Of a stretch of DNA of 64,000 nt, positions 1 through 11,000 are shown piece by piece. The DNA is from Candidatus Xenobia bacterium. Lineage in GTDB: Bacteria > Vulcanimicrobiota > Xenobia > Xenobiales > QWHO01. The notes below the pieces were generated by a model. That model was given only the letters and a program-made list of their open reading frames with translations. It did no database searches and had not been told where the DNA came from. Location: the NCBI GenBank assembly GCA_045863235.1, contig BTUM01000017.1, positions 32,001 through 96,000 on the forward strand. The letters are read 5' to 3'. Position numbers and translations under genes: made by a program. Each line of letters opens with the position of its first letter. Position 1 is the stretch's first letter.

Positions 1-2
1 AC

Positions 3-179
3 GAGGGCGACCGGATTTACCGGGGCGCCATCTCGCAGCTGCACCAGAACAACGAGACGGTGGCCGACATCGTCAACCTGATCAAGTGGACCGACATCCT
101 CGATCGGCTCGAAAACGGCATCGACAAGTTTGAGGACGTTTTCGACATCATCCAGGGAATCATCATCAAGTATCGCTGA
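3..179 (+). CDS. DUF47/PhoU-like phosphate transport regulator, 3' end (partial)
   Basis: Frame 3 reads EGDRIYRGAISQLH...LIKWTDILDRLENGIDKFEDVFDIIQGIIIKYR*, a typical DUF47 C-terminus; lies directly upstream of a PiT gene. Confidence 0.85.
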   Translation, partial: EGDRIYRGAISQLHQNNETVADIVNLIKWTDILDRLENGIDKFEDVFDIIQGIIIKYR

Positions 180-183
180 AGCC

Positions 184-1197
184 ATGGAAACGACAATCTG
201 GCTGCTCGCCCTGGTCATCATCATCGCTCTGGCATTCGACTACGTGAACGGCTTTCATGACGCCGCCAACGCCATCGCCACCGTGGTCTCGACCCGGGCC
301 ATGGCCCCCAGAGCGGCTCTCATCCTGGCCGCCTTCGCCAACTTCGCGGGCGCTTTCATGGGAGGAGCCGTCGCCTACACGATCGGCAAAGGCTTGGTGG
401 ACTCAGACTCGATCCACCACCAGGAAGTCATTCTGGCCGCCCTCCTGGGGGCCATCGCCTGGAATCTTCTCACCTGGTATTGGGGACTTCCGAGCTCTTC
501 ATCCCACGCCCTGGTCGGCGGTCTGGTCGGGGCAGTCTTGTTCTGGAAAGGCTCGGCCTTCGTGCAGTGGGCCGGTGTGGTCAAGAAGGTGGTGGTACCC
601 GGCCTGGTGGCGCCCCTGCTGGGCATCTTCGTCGGCTTCTGGATCATGGTCACGCTGATGTGGACTTTCCGCAACGCCAATCCATTCCGTATCCAGAAGC
701 GGTTCAAGAAGCTCCAGATGGTGTCGGCCACTTTGATGGCCCTCAGCCACGGCAGTAACGACGCCCAGAAAGTGATGGGCATCATCACCATGGCCCTCAT
801 TACCGCCAAGGTGCAAGAAGAAGAGCCGTTCTACGTGGCCTGGTGGGTCAAACTGTCCTGCGCCGCCGCCATCGCCCTGGGAACCTCTGCCGGGGGCTGG
901 CGCATCATCAAGACCATGGGTGGCAAGGTGGTCAAACTGCAACCCATCAACGGCTTTGCCGCCGAGCTGACCTCGGGCATCATCCTCATGATCACCGCCA
1001 AGCTGGGCTTCCCGGTGTCCACCACCCACGTAATTACCGGCGCCATCATGGGCGTGGGGGCCAGCAAGCGCATCTCGGCCGTGCGCTGGGGCGTGGCCGG
1101 CAACATCCTCACGGCCTGGGTGCTCACCATTCCAGCAGCTGCGCTGATGGGCGGGGTCTTCATGTTGATCGTGAAGGCCGTTTCCCACGACATCTAA
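184..1197 (+). CDS. pit: Inorganic phosphate transporter, PiT family
   Basis: PiT motifs NGFHDAANAIAT, GLPSSSSHAL, HGSNDAQK and GFPVSTTH; multi-TM; ATG 4 nt after the DUF47 stop. Confidence 0.95.
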   Translation: METTIWLLALVIIIALAFDYVNGFHDAANAIATVVSTRAMAPRAALILAAFANFAGAFMGGAVAYTIGKGLVDSDSIHHQEVILAALLGAIAWNLLTWYWGLPSSSSHALVGGLVGAVLFWKGSAFVQWAGVVKKVVVPGLVAPLLGIFVGFWIMVTLMWTFRNANPFRIQKRFKKLQMVSATLMALSHGSNDAQKVMGIITMALITAKVQEEEPFYVAWWVKLSCAAAIALGTSAGGWRIIKTMGGKVVKLQPINGFAAELTSGIILMITAKLGFPVSTTHVITGAIMGVGASKRISAVRWGVAGNILTAWVLTIPAAALMGGVFMLIVKAVSHDI

Positions 1198-1583
1198 TGC
1201 TTGCCCGCGACCCCTACGCCTGGCGAGAGCTGTGGATAGAAGACGACCCGCAAGCCAGCGAGCAGGGCCTCAAGGCGCTGGTAGTGGGCGCCAAGGCCAC
1301 CGGCGACGGCCTGCTGGTGGCCGAGATCTTGAGTTGGACGGCCCGGGCCCAGGGTGCCCAGCAACGCTGGGATGAGGCCCACGAAACCCTCAATGACGCC
1401 GACTTTATCTTGATGCAGCAGCCCGCCCACCCGGTTCACGCTCGCGCCCTGCTCGAGCGCGCCCGGCTCTTCGCCCTGTCCGGCCTCGACGGCGGAGCGC
1501 GGCGCTTGACCCGGCAGGCCCGGGAGCGAGCCGAGGAAACGCGCGCCAGCGAGGTGCTCGAGGAACTTGACAAAGGCCTCTGA
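1197..1583 (+). CDS. Hypothetical helical/TPR-like protein (128 aa)
   Basis: TAATG overlap with the pit stop; Ala/Leu/Arg-rich amphipathic helices (EILSWTARAQGAQQRWDEAHETL). Confidence 0.65.
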   Translation: MLARDPYAWRELWIEDDPQASEQGLKALVVGAKATGDGLLVAEILSWTARAQGAQQRWDEAHETLNDADFILMQQPAHPVHARALLERARLFALSGLDGGARRLTRQARERAEETRASEVLEELDKGL

Positions 1584-1625
1584 GCCGAGGAAAACCGTGT
1601 CAAGAGTGTTTCCGGCTGCGCTCCT
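1583..1625 (-). repeat. Repeat family A copy (TTGACA-loop hairpin), reverse orientation
   Basis: Reverse complement aligns closely with 46839-46880 (AGGAGCGCAGCCGGAAAC..CTTGACACGGTTT..CGGCT). Confidence 0.85.
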
Positions 1626-1713
1626 AGCGTTTGTGAAAACTTTCGCAACCAGCAGGAAACCTGAGCCGGTCTGAACAAGAGCCACTCAATCACGGTCAAG
1701 GAGAGTCAACTTT

Positions 1714-1836
1714 ATGGGCCCGTCATTCGAAGGGGGCAGCATCGCAACCGCTTACTTCTGGGTTGTCACCTGGACGGTTCTTCTGGGGGCCATCATGGCC
1801 GCCAGCATGTGGCTCGATCCCAAGCCTCCCTCTTAG
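1714..1836 (+). CDS. Small single-pass membrane protein (40 aa)
   Basis: AAGGAGAG Shine-Dalgarno before ATG; MGPSFEGGSIATAYFWVVTWTVLLGAIMAASMWLDPKPPS has one hydrophobic helix; below the ORF-track length cutoff. Confidence 0.65.
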   Translation: MGPSFEGGSIATAYFWVVTWTVLLGAIMAASMWLDPKPPS

Positions 1837-1886
1837 AGCAAGGGCAATTACGGCCCCGACTTCTGCGCTTCGCTAGGGCATTGCTC

Positions 1887-2981
1887 CTAGACCTGCAGCG
1901 CTTTCTCCACGTCCTCCAGCCCCTGGCGCGCTTTGGCATACTCGGGGTCAAAGGAAAGAGCGTTCCCGAACGCCTCGCGCGCCTCCCCCAGCCGTTCCAT
2001 GGCGCGCAAAACCAGGCCCAGGTTGAGCCAGGCCTCTTCCAGATTGCCGCGGGGACAGCGAGTGGCCCGACGGTGGCACTCCTCGGCCTGACGCATCTTG
2101 CCCCGACGGGCCTGCGAGCTTCCCAGAAAGACCCAGCTCGCTGAGTCATCGGGCTCAGCCCGGGTCAGGCGCGTGAACCAGCGGATAGCTTCCTCATAGC
2201 GCCCTTTGGAGTGATAGAGCAAGCCGAGCTCGGTGCAACAGAGCGGGTGACCGGGGCCCAGCTCCCTGCCCAGCGCCCAGTAGGTTTCCAGGGCCTTGCG
2301 AAAACAGCCCATGCTGACCAGCGAGCTGGCCAGTCGCAAACGCACATCCAGGTTTCTGGGGTGCCTGCGCAGGAAATTGCGCGCCATTACCACCGAAGTG
2401 GACAGGCCCGGCTCCAGCAACACCTCCAGCTCGTCGGGAATCCCGCTGAAGCCTGCCGCTCGGAGCACATCATCGCGCGCCTCCACCGCCCCCGGCCAAT
2501 CGGCTGCCTCGTTGAAATGACTGGCCGCTTCCGGAAAGTCTTCCTCGGCGCGGGCTACCTGGCCCAACCAGAAACTGGCATGGGGGTCGCGCCCGGCCTG
2601 CCAGAACGCTCTCCTGGCCCTCTGCCAGCGTCCCAGGCGAAACCAGACGCGCCCTCTGTTGATGTGCAACCCGGTCTTGTGGGGCTGCATCCGGACCGCC
2701 CGCTTCCACCACAGAGCGGCTGTCCTCAGGCGTCCCCGCGTTTCGTTCATCTCAGCCTGAAACTCGCACAAAAGCGGCTCAATCTCGAGGTTACGAAAGA
2801 TTCTCCGGGCTTCGCGGTATCGGCCCACGCTGGCCAGCCCGTGACCCAGCATCAACCAGGGGCCTGGCTCCTGGACCCAGCTGGCCAGATGACGCCTGCA
2901 AAGGGCCACCCAGTGGGCCACCTCGCCCTCCCGAAAGGCGGCCATGATGGCGTCCCAACTGGCCTGCTCCTCAGGCTCCAT
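1887..2981 (-). CDS. Tetratricopeptide repeat protein
   Basis: Repeated TPR patterns (WLMLGHGLASVGRYREA, ELGLLYHSKGRYEEA, AWLNLGLVLRAMERLGEAREAF...DPEY). Confidence 0.85.
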   Translation of the reverse strand: MEPEEQASWDAIMAAFREGEVAHWVALCRRHLASWVQEPGPWLMLGHGLASVGRYREARRIFRNLEIEPLLCEFQAEMNETRGRLRTAALWWKRAVRMQPHKTGLHINRGRVWFRLGRWQRARRAFWQAGRDPHASFWLGQVARAEEDFPEAASHFNEAADWPGAVEARDDVLRAAGFSGIPDELEVLLEPGLSTSVVMARNFLRRHPRNLDVRLRLASSLVSMGCFRKALETYWALGRELGPGHPLCCTELGLLYHSKGRYEEAIRWFTRLTRAEPDDSASWVFLGSSQARRGKMRQAEECHRRATRCPRGNLEEAWLNLGLVLRAMERLGEAREAFGNALSFDPEYAKARQGLEDVEKALQV

Positions 2982-3002
2982 GACTCCGGGACCGCGCGAC
3001 AC

Positions 3003-3056
3003 TCTGTTGAACGCCGCCGCGCCGAATTCCTGAAGTGTTCGACGCGCGGCGCCTTA
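3003..3056. repeat. Repeat family B copy (GGCGCCGCGC...GCGCGGCGCC hairpin)
   Basis: About 47/54 identical to 37065-37117. Confidence 0.85.
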
Positions 3057-3349
3057 GCAGGCTCATGCTGCCTCGGATTCTCCCTGCAACGAACAACTCC
3101 CGCACCGATCACCAGTTCGCTGAGTCCAGCTCCAGGGCGACCGTCCGGGCCCGCGGCCTGATTGGAGCCCCGAAGAACACTGGCTGCGCCCCGAAAGTCG
3201 GTTCCCTCAAGCAAATAAGGGAAATCCCTCAAGGAAATCCTCACCCGACAACGAACCATCGGTGCTTGCCCGGAGCGGGCGTCAGGGAGGCGTCCGAAAC
3301 CCGAACGGATGGGCATAAGAGGGTTTGGTCCGCAAGTCTTGCGTTCTCG

Positions 3350-3358
3350 TGATAGAAT
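3350..3358 (+). promoter_or_regulatory. Extended -10 promoter element for the pfaD-pfaA operon
   Basis: TG-A-TAGAAT about 40 nt before the pfaD ATG; no good -35. Confidence 0.45.
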
Positions 3359-3396
3359 CGCCGGAACTGGACCCGAAACAACTTTCAGGATTGATC

Positions 3397-5022
3397 ATGG
3401 TATCGAACTCCGTCATACCTGCCCGGCAGGCCTGGTGGTCGGCCTCCGAGGCCCCTCGCTCGGGCGAGGCGGCTCTGCGCGAGCAATTGCTGCGCCTGTA
3501 CGAGCCCTGTGCCCTGGTGCGCGGCGAACAAGGACTGGCCGTAGCCGGCCCCGGCCAGATGCACGAGCACCAGGTTCCCGGCAGCCTTCCCCTGGCGGGC
3601 TGGGTCAACGCTCTCGGCCCCGAGCAACTGGGGGACCCCGGCTTCCTGAGCACCCACGGGGTGCGCTACGCCTACGTGGCTGGAGCCATGGCCAACGGCA
3701 TCGCCTCGGCCGAGCTCGTGGAGGCCATGGCCCGCGACGGCTTGCTGGCCATCTTCGGGGCAGCCGGCCTGTCGCCGCGTCGAGTCGAGGAGACCATCGT
3801 CCGGCTCAAGGCCCTGGGCGACGCCCCCTACGGCTTCAATCTCATCCACAGCCCCAATGAGACCGGGCTGGAAGACGCCATCGTCGACCTCTACCTCAAG
3901 CACGGCGTGCGCCGCGTCTGCGCCTCGGCCTTCTTGACCCTGACCCTGCCGCTGGTGCGCTACCGGCTGAGCGGGATCAGCCGGGCCTCGGACGGCTCCA
4001 TTCACACCCCCCAGCATGTGCTGGGGAAGGTTTCTCGGCTGGAGATAGCCCGCAAGTTTCTCTCCCCCGCTCCCGATGCCATGCTGCGAACCCTGGTCGA
4101 GCAGGGTGCCCTCACCCCCGAGCAGGCCGAGCTGGCCGCCCGGGTGCCAATCGCCGAGGACCTGACCGGAGAAGCCGACTCGGGTGGGCACACCGACAAC
4201 CGGGCGCTGGTCACCCTTCTCCCCTCGCTGCTCTGCCTGCGTGACGAGTTGCAGGAGCAGCACCGCTACCAGCGTCCCCTGCGGGTGGGCGCGGCGGGCG
4301 GCATCGCCACTCCCCTGTCGGCGGCCGCGGCGTTTGCCATGGGAGCCGACTATATTCTTACCGGCTCGGTGAACCAGGGCTGCGTGGAGGCGGGCACCTC
4401 GCCGGTGGTCAAGGAGATGCTGGCCCAGGCCTCCCAGGCCGACGTCAACATGGCGCCGGCCGCGGACATGTTCGAGATGGGCGTCAAGGTCCAGGTGCTC
4501 AAGTGGGGCACCATGTTCCCGGTGCGGGCCAGAAAACTCTACGAGCTCTATCGCGCCTACGACAGCCTCGAAGGTCTGCCGGCCGGCGAGCGGGCCACTC
4601 TCGAGCGCGATTATTTCCGCTGCTCGCTCGAGCAAGAGTGGCAAAACACGCGCAAGTTCTTCCTCGAGCGCGACCCGCGCCAGGTCGAGCGAGCCGAGGT
4701 CGAGCCCAAACACAAGTTGGCCCTGGTGTTCCGCTCCTACCTTGGGCGTGCCTCGGGATGGGCCAATGCCGGCGACCCCACCCGCAAGGTGGATTACCAG
4801 ATCTGGTGCGGTCCGGCTATGGGCGCATTCAACGAGTGGACGGCCGGTACCTTCCTGGCCAACCTGGCCGAGCGCAAAGTGGCCACGGTGGCCACCAACC
4901 TGATGTTCGGAGCGGCCTACCGCACCCGCATCCACTGGCTGCAAAGCCAGGGGGTGCGCCTCCCAGCCTCGGTGCAGGCCTTCCAACCCATGCCTGTGGG
5001 GGAGCTGTTGCGTGAGCGCTGA
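3397..5022 (+). CDS. pfaD: PfaD family PUFA/polyketide enoyl reductase (FabK-like FMN-dependent ER)
   Basis: AGAMANGIAS, EADSGGHTDN, GAAGGIATP, APAADMFEMGVKVQVLKWGTMFP and DYQIWCGPAMGAFN are PfaD hallmarks; AGGA SD before ATG 3397. Confidence 0.95.
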   Translation: MVSNSVIPARQAWWSASEAPRSGEAALREQLLRLYEPCALVRGEQGLAVAGPGQMHEHQVPGSLPLAGWVNALGPEQLGDPGFLSTHGVRYAYVAGAMANGIASAELVEAMARDGLLAIFGAAGLSPRRVEETIVRLKALGDAPYGFNLIHSPNETGLEDAIVDLYLKHGVRRVCASAFLTLTLPLVRYRLSGISRASDGSIHTPQHVLGKVSRLEIARKFLSPAPDAMLRTLVEQGALTPEQAELAARVPIAEDLTGEADSGGHTDNRALVTLLPSLLCLRDELQEQHRYQRPLRVGAAGGIATPLSAAAAFAMGADYILTGSVNQGCVEAGTSPVVKEMLAQASQADVNMAPAADMFEMGVKVQVLKWGTMFPVRARKLYELYRAYDSLEGLPAGERATLERDYFRCSLEQEWQNTRKFFLERDPRQVERAEVEPKHKLALVFRSYLGRASGWANAGDPTRKVDYQIWCGPAMGAFNEWTAGTFLANLAERKVATVATNLMFGAAYRTRIHWLQSQGVRLPASVQAFQPMPVGELLRER

Positions 5023-8000
5023 TCGAGATGTCGCCATCGTCGGGATGGCCTGCCTGTTTCCCAAGGCGAGCAACCTGAAGGGGTTCTGGCACCTGGTTCG
5101 AGTGGGCCTGGACGCGGTGGACGACGTGCCTGCCAGCCACTGGAACCCGGACGACTACTTCGACGCCGACCCCAAGAGCCCGGACATGACCTATTGCCGC
5201 CGAGGCGGCTTCCTCTCTCCGGTCAGCTTCGATCCCACCGAGTTCAGCCTGCCTCCCGCCGCGCTGGAAGCCACCGATACCTCCCAGTTGCTGGGCCTGG
5301 TGGTCGCCAAAGCCGCTCTGGAGGATGCCGGCTACGGATCGGGCAGGGAATTCAACCGCCAGTCCACCAGCGTGATCCTGGGCGTGACCGGAACGCTCGA
5401 GCTGGTCATCCCGCTGGGAGCCCGGCTGGGGCACCCCATCTGGCGTCGGGCCCTGCTCGAGAGCGGGGTCGATCCCGAGACCACCGAGGAGGTCGTGCGC
5501 CGCATCGCCGACGACTACGTGCCCTGGCAGGAGAACTCGTTCCCGGGCCTGCTGGGCAACGTGGTGGCCGGCCGAATCGCCAACCGGCTTGACCTGCAGG
5601 GCACCAACTGCGTGGTGGACGCGGCCTGCGCCAGCTCGCTCTCGGCCGTCCACATGGGCGTGCTGGAGCTGGGCGCCGGACGGGCTGACATGGTGGTCAC
5701 CGGCGGTGTGGACACCTTCAACGACATCTTCATGTTCATGTGCTTCTCCAAGACGCCCGCTCTGTCGGCCTCGGGGCAGATCCGCCCCTTCGACGAGTCG
5801 GCCGACGGCACCATGCTGGGGGAAGGGCTCGGGATGATCGTCCTCAAGCGCGTGGCCGATGCCCGCCGCGACGGCGACCGCATCTATGCCGTCATCCGCG
5901 GGGTGGGGACGGCTTCCGACGGCGTGGGACAGGCTGTCTACGCCCCCGCCTCCCCTGGCCAGGCCCGCTGCTTGCGCGACGCCTACCGCACATCCGGCGT
6001 GGATCCGGGCACGGTGGAGCTGGTGGAGGCTCACGGAACCGGGACCAAGGTGGGCGATGCCGTCGAATTCGAGGCCCTGCGAGAGGTCTACTCCGAGGCC
6101 CGCTCGGATCGCAACTGGTGCGCTCTGGGCTCGGTCAAGTCCAATCTGGGCCACACCAAGGCCGCGGCCGGAGCCGCCGGCATGATCAAGGCCGCCCTGG
6201 CCCTCTACACCAAGGTGCTGCCAGCCACCTTGAAGGTGGAAAAGCCCAATCCCCGCATGAACATTCAGGATAGCCCGTTCTATCTGAACACCCGTACCCG
6301 GCCGTGGCCCGGCAATCGTGAGCATCCCCGCCGGGCAGCCCTCAGCTCATTTGGCTTCGGAGGCTCCAACTACCACATCGTGCTGGAGGAGGCCGACCCG
6401 ATTCGCACCGAGGTGGCCTGGGACGGCTCCGTGCAGATCTTTGCCTTCAGCGGAGCCACGCGCGAGGAGCTGATCGCCCGCTTCGAAGGCTGCGACGGCT
6501 CGGCCCGCAGCGCCGGCCTGTCGCGCCAGAGCTTCTCCCCCACGGCCCCCTGGCGGGCCGTGCTGGTGGGCGACGACACCGCTCGGGCCGCCCGGCTGCT
6601 GCAAAAGGGCGAGCAGAGCCCGGACCTTTTCGTGGGTCAGGGCTCGACCCCAGGTGAGCTGGCCTTCCTGTTCCCCGGCCAGGGCAGCCAGCAGGTGGAC
6701 ATGGGGTGCGAGCTGGCCTGCCTGTTCCCCCAGCTGCTCGAGTCGCTGGAAGCGGCCGGACGAGACATCTGGCAGGCGATCTATCCCCCGCCCGCCTTCA
6801 CCGCTCCCGAGCGAGATGCCCAGAAGGCGGCCCTGACCCGCACCGAGGTGGCCCAGCCCGCCCTGGGCGCGGTCGAGTCCGGCCTGGCCGCCATCCTGGA
6901 GAGTTTCGGGGTGCGCCCTTCGATGGCCGCCGGTCACAGCTACGGGGAGCTGGTGGCTTTGCAGGCCGCCGGCTGCTTCGACCGCGATGGACTGCTGGCC
7001 CTGAGCCGCCTGCGGGGCCAGCTGATGGCCGGCGAACCCGGCCAGGATCGTGGCACCATGCTGGCAGTCAGCGCCTCGCCCGAGGCCGTCACCAGGGTCA
7101 TCAACGAGCAACAGGTCGTGCTGGCCAACCTCAACAGCCCCGGTCAGACGGTGCTTTCGGGCAGCCGCGAGGCCATCGCCCTGGCCGCCGACGCGCTCAA
7201 GAAGGCCGGACTGAGTGCCCTGCCGCTCAACGTGGCGGCAGCCTTCCACAGCCCGCTGGTGGCCCAGGCCCGCGACCCCTTCCATGCGGCTCTGAGCCAG
7301 ATGCCCTGGCAGGCCGCCGCCTTCCCGGTTTATGCCAATGCCACCGCCCGGCCCTACCCGGCCGAGGCGGATCAGGCCCGCGCCCTGCTGGCCGACCAGT
7401 TGACCTCGCCGGTCCGCTGGGTCGAGCTGATGGAGCAACTCTACCAGGCCGGAGCTCGCGTCTTCGTCGAGGTGGGACCGCGCCGGGTCTTGAGCGGGCT
7501 GGCCCAGGGAATCCTGGGTGATCGTCCCCATCACTGCCTGGCCCTGGACGGAGGCTTGCTCGAGCTGGCCCGGGCTCTGGCCCAACTGGCCGCACTGGGC
7601 TATCCGGTTCGGCTCGACAACTGGGAGGTCGTGCCTCCCGAAGAGCGCAAGAAGCGCATGGAGGTCCAACTCGTGGGTTCGAACTATCGCGCTCCCCGCG
7701 CCCAGACGAACGTCAGCCCGGCTCCCCGCCAGGCTCCTCCCCCGGCTCAGGTCACGCCGACCCAAGCGGCCACCCGACCGGACGTGCCGCAAGCCCCGCC
7801 TCAGTCAGTCGCGGCGGGGGCTGATCCGCTCGTTCTGGAGGCCTTGCGGGGTGTGCAGTCGAGCCTGACGGCCATGCAGACCCTGCAGCAGCAGACCGCC
7901 AGCCTGCACCAGCGCTTCCTGGAAGGCCAGGAGCTGGCCCAGCGCACCTTCATGGAGATGCTCCAGGGACAGCAGCGGCTGGTCGAAACGATGCTGGGTG

Positions 8001-11000
8001 GCTCCCCCGCGAGTCTGCCGGTGATGACCAGCCTGCCAGCGCCGAGCCTGACTACGGCTCCGAGTCTGCCTTTGCCAGGTCTGCCGGCACCGAGCCCGCA
8101 GCCCGCCGTCGTGCAGCCCCCCCCGGCGAGCCCGCAGCCGGTAGCTCAAAGCTTGCCCGCGGCGCCCGCCGCCCCCAGCCAGCCGTCGGCCGAGCCCGTG
8201 CTGCTGGCCGTGGTGGCCGAGAAGACCGGCTATCCCGTCGAGATGCTGCACCTGGACATGGACCTCGAGGCCGACCTGGGTATCGACTCCATCAAGCGCG
8301 TCGAGATCCTGGCCGCCGTCGAGGAGCGCCTTCCCGGAATGGGCCGCATCGCCCCCGACCGGGTGGGCTCGTTGCGCACCCTGCGTGAGGTGCTGGCCCA
8401 GACCGGCAGCGCCGCTCCCACCTCCGCGGCCCCAAGCGCCGCCGCGCCTCCATCCTCGGACGCGGCCGAGGTGCTGTTGGCCATCGTCGCCGACAAGACC
8501 GGTTACCCTCGCGAAATGCTGCATCTGGAGATGGATCTGGAGAGCGATCTGGGCATCGACTCCATCAAGCGCGTCGAGATTCTGGCCTCCCTGGAAGAGG
8601 CCCGTCCCGGCCTGGGCAAGGTGGCTCCCGACCAGGTGGGCAGCCTGCGCACGCTGGGTCAGATCCTGGCCCAACTCGCTCCCGGCGCTCCCGCTGCTCC
8701 CGCCGCCTCCTCCGCATCGGCCTCCAGCGACCTGAGCGAGAGCCTGCTGGCGGCGGTTTCGGAGAAGACCGGCTATCCACGCGAGATGCTTCACCTTCAG
8801 ATGGACCTGGAGGCCGATCTGGGCATCGACTCCATCAAGCGGGTCGAGATTCTGGCTGCCATGGAAGAGCGCAACCCGGGCTCCGGCCGCGTGCCGGCCG
8901 ACCGGGTGGGCAGCCTGCGCACCCTGCAGGAAGTCCTGGAGGCGATCGCCCCCCAGGCCGGTGCGCCGACCGTGACCCCCGAAGCGGAAGTGCCCACCTT
9001 GCCTCTGGAGCGCAAGCTGGTGAAAGCCGTTTCCAGCCACAGTCCGGGCCCCGCTTTTCAGCCCCAGAGCGTAATCGTGCTCGACCCGGAGGGCCAGCTC
9101 GGGCCAGCCCTGGTCTGCGAGCTCGAGAGCCGGGGCATTTCGGCCGCGCTGAACGGGGAGGGCGACACGCTCATTCTGGTGGCCTCCGGAGCCTCTCGTT
9201 GGGACAGCTTGAAATCGCTGCGCGAAGGTTTTCTGGCTCTGCAGAGCCGGGCCAACCAGCTCAAGGCGGTAGCCAGCGTGACCCGCATGGACGGCCAGTT
9301 CGGCCTCAGCGGAAGCAGCGACTATGATGCCAGCGCCGCCGGTCTGGCCGGGCTGACCCGAACCATCGCCCATGAGTGGCCTCAGGTGACAGCCCGCGCT
9401 CTGGACGTGGACCGTCGCTGGGATAGCACCCAGGCCGCCCGAGCGGTGGTGGACGAGCTGTTGACCGGTGGCCCGCTGGAAGTGGCTCTGGGACCGGACG
9501 GCCGATTCGAGCTGGGGGTGGAGGATTGCCCCGTCAGCGCCGAGCAGTCGATGCCGCTGCAGGCCGGAGACGTGCTGGTGATCACCGGCGGCGCTCGCGG
9601 CGTGACCGCGGCCGTGGCCGAGGCGCTGGCGCGCGCGATCCGACCCACCCTGGTGCTTCTGGGACGCTCCAGCGAGCCATTCGTCGAGCCCGACTGGCTC
9701 AGGGGCATCGAGGGCGAGGCTGACCTCAAGCGAGCCATCGCCTCGCACAAGAACGGCAATGGCGCGCTGCGCCCGGCCGAATTGGAAGAGGCTTTCCGGC
9801 GCTACCAGGCCAACCGGGAAGTGAGCGCCAGCCTCGAGCACATGCGAGCCGCCGGCTCCAAGGTCGCTTACTATTCGGTGGATGTGCGCGACCGCGCCAG
9901 CCTCGAGCGAGTGCTCAGCCAGGTGCGATCCGAGCACGGGCCCATTCGCGGGCTGATCCACGGGGCTGGAGTGCTGGCCGACAAGAAGATCGTGGACAAG
10001 CAGCTGGCCCAGTTCGACAACGTCTTCGACACCAAAGTCGTGGGCATGCGCCATCTACTGGATCTCACCTGCGACGATCCGATCAAGGTCTTGCTCTTGT
10101 TCAGCTCGGTCACGGCTCGCTACGGCCGTCCCGGCCAGGTGGATTATTGCATGGCCAACGAAGTGCTCAACAAGATCGCCCATCAGGAGGCTCGGCGCCG
10201 CCCCGACTGCAGGGTCGCCGCCCTGGGCTGGGGCCCCTGGCACGGGGGGATGGTCCACGACGGGCTGGCTCGCGAGTTCACCCGCCTGGGGGTAGGCCTG
10301 ATCGACCTCGAGCAGGGGGCTCAGGCCCTGGTGGACGAGCTGACCGCCTCGCGCGAGGAGGTCGAGCTCTTGCTGGGCTCCGGCCTGCCTGCGCCGGCTC
10401 CTCCGACGCCTCGAGCCGAGTCTGTGCTGCAACTGAAGCTGTCCGTGGGCGACTACCCGTTCCTGGCCTCCCACGTGCTGGGTGGGCGGCCGGTGCTGCC
10501 GCTGGCCATGATGATGGAATGGTTCGGCCATGCCGCGCTGCACGCCAATCCAGGCCTGCGCTTTGCGGGCCTGGAGGAAGTGGCCGTGTTCAAGGGTGTG
10601 GCCATTGAGAACGGTGCTCTGCCCGTGGCCGTGGCCGCAGGCCAGGCCGTGGCCCGGGGTGAGGACCTGCTCGTCCCTGTGGAGCTGGTGGATCCCCACA
10701 CCGGACGGGTGCACGCTCGCTCTCGCGTGGTCCTCTCCCCTGAGCTTCCTCAGGCACCTACCTGGAAACCGCTGACCTCTCTACGCTCCTTCCCGGCCGA
10801 GCCCGAGCAGATTTACTCCAAGATGCTCTTCCACGGCCCGCACTTTCATGCCATCCACCACCTCGAAGGCATTGCCGCCGAGGGGCTGGTGGCCGAGTTG
10901 GCCAGCGCTGCCAAGCCGGCCGAGTGGATGACCCGTCCCGTGCGCAGCGAATGGCTGACCGATCCTCTGGCCCTGGACGGAGTTCTGCAACTGGGTATCC

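Noticed and set aside
8195..8950. Regularly spaced DNA repeats as a CRISPR array
   Set aside because: In-frame ACP domain repeats of pfaA; no cas genes in the window.
3385..10714. Long antisense ORFs (3385-5073, 4829-6325, 6347-7792, 7805-10054, 10055-10714)
   Set aside because: Shadow frames of pfaD/pfaA caused by high GC3; no motifs or RBS. The same applies to 14948-16678, 16527-17633, 29417-31063, 39071-40366 and 58664-60190.
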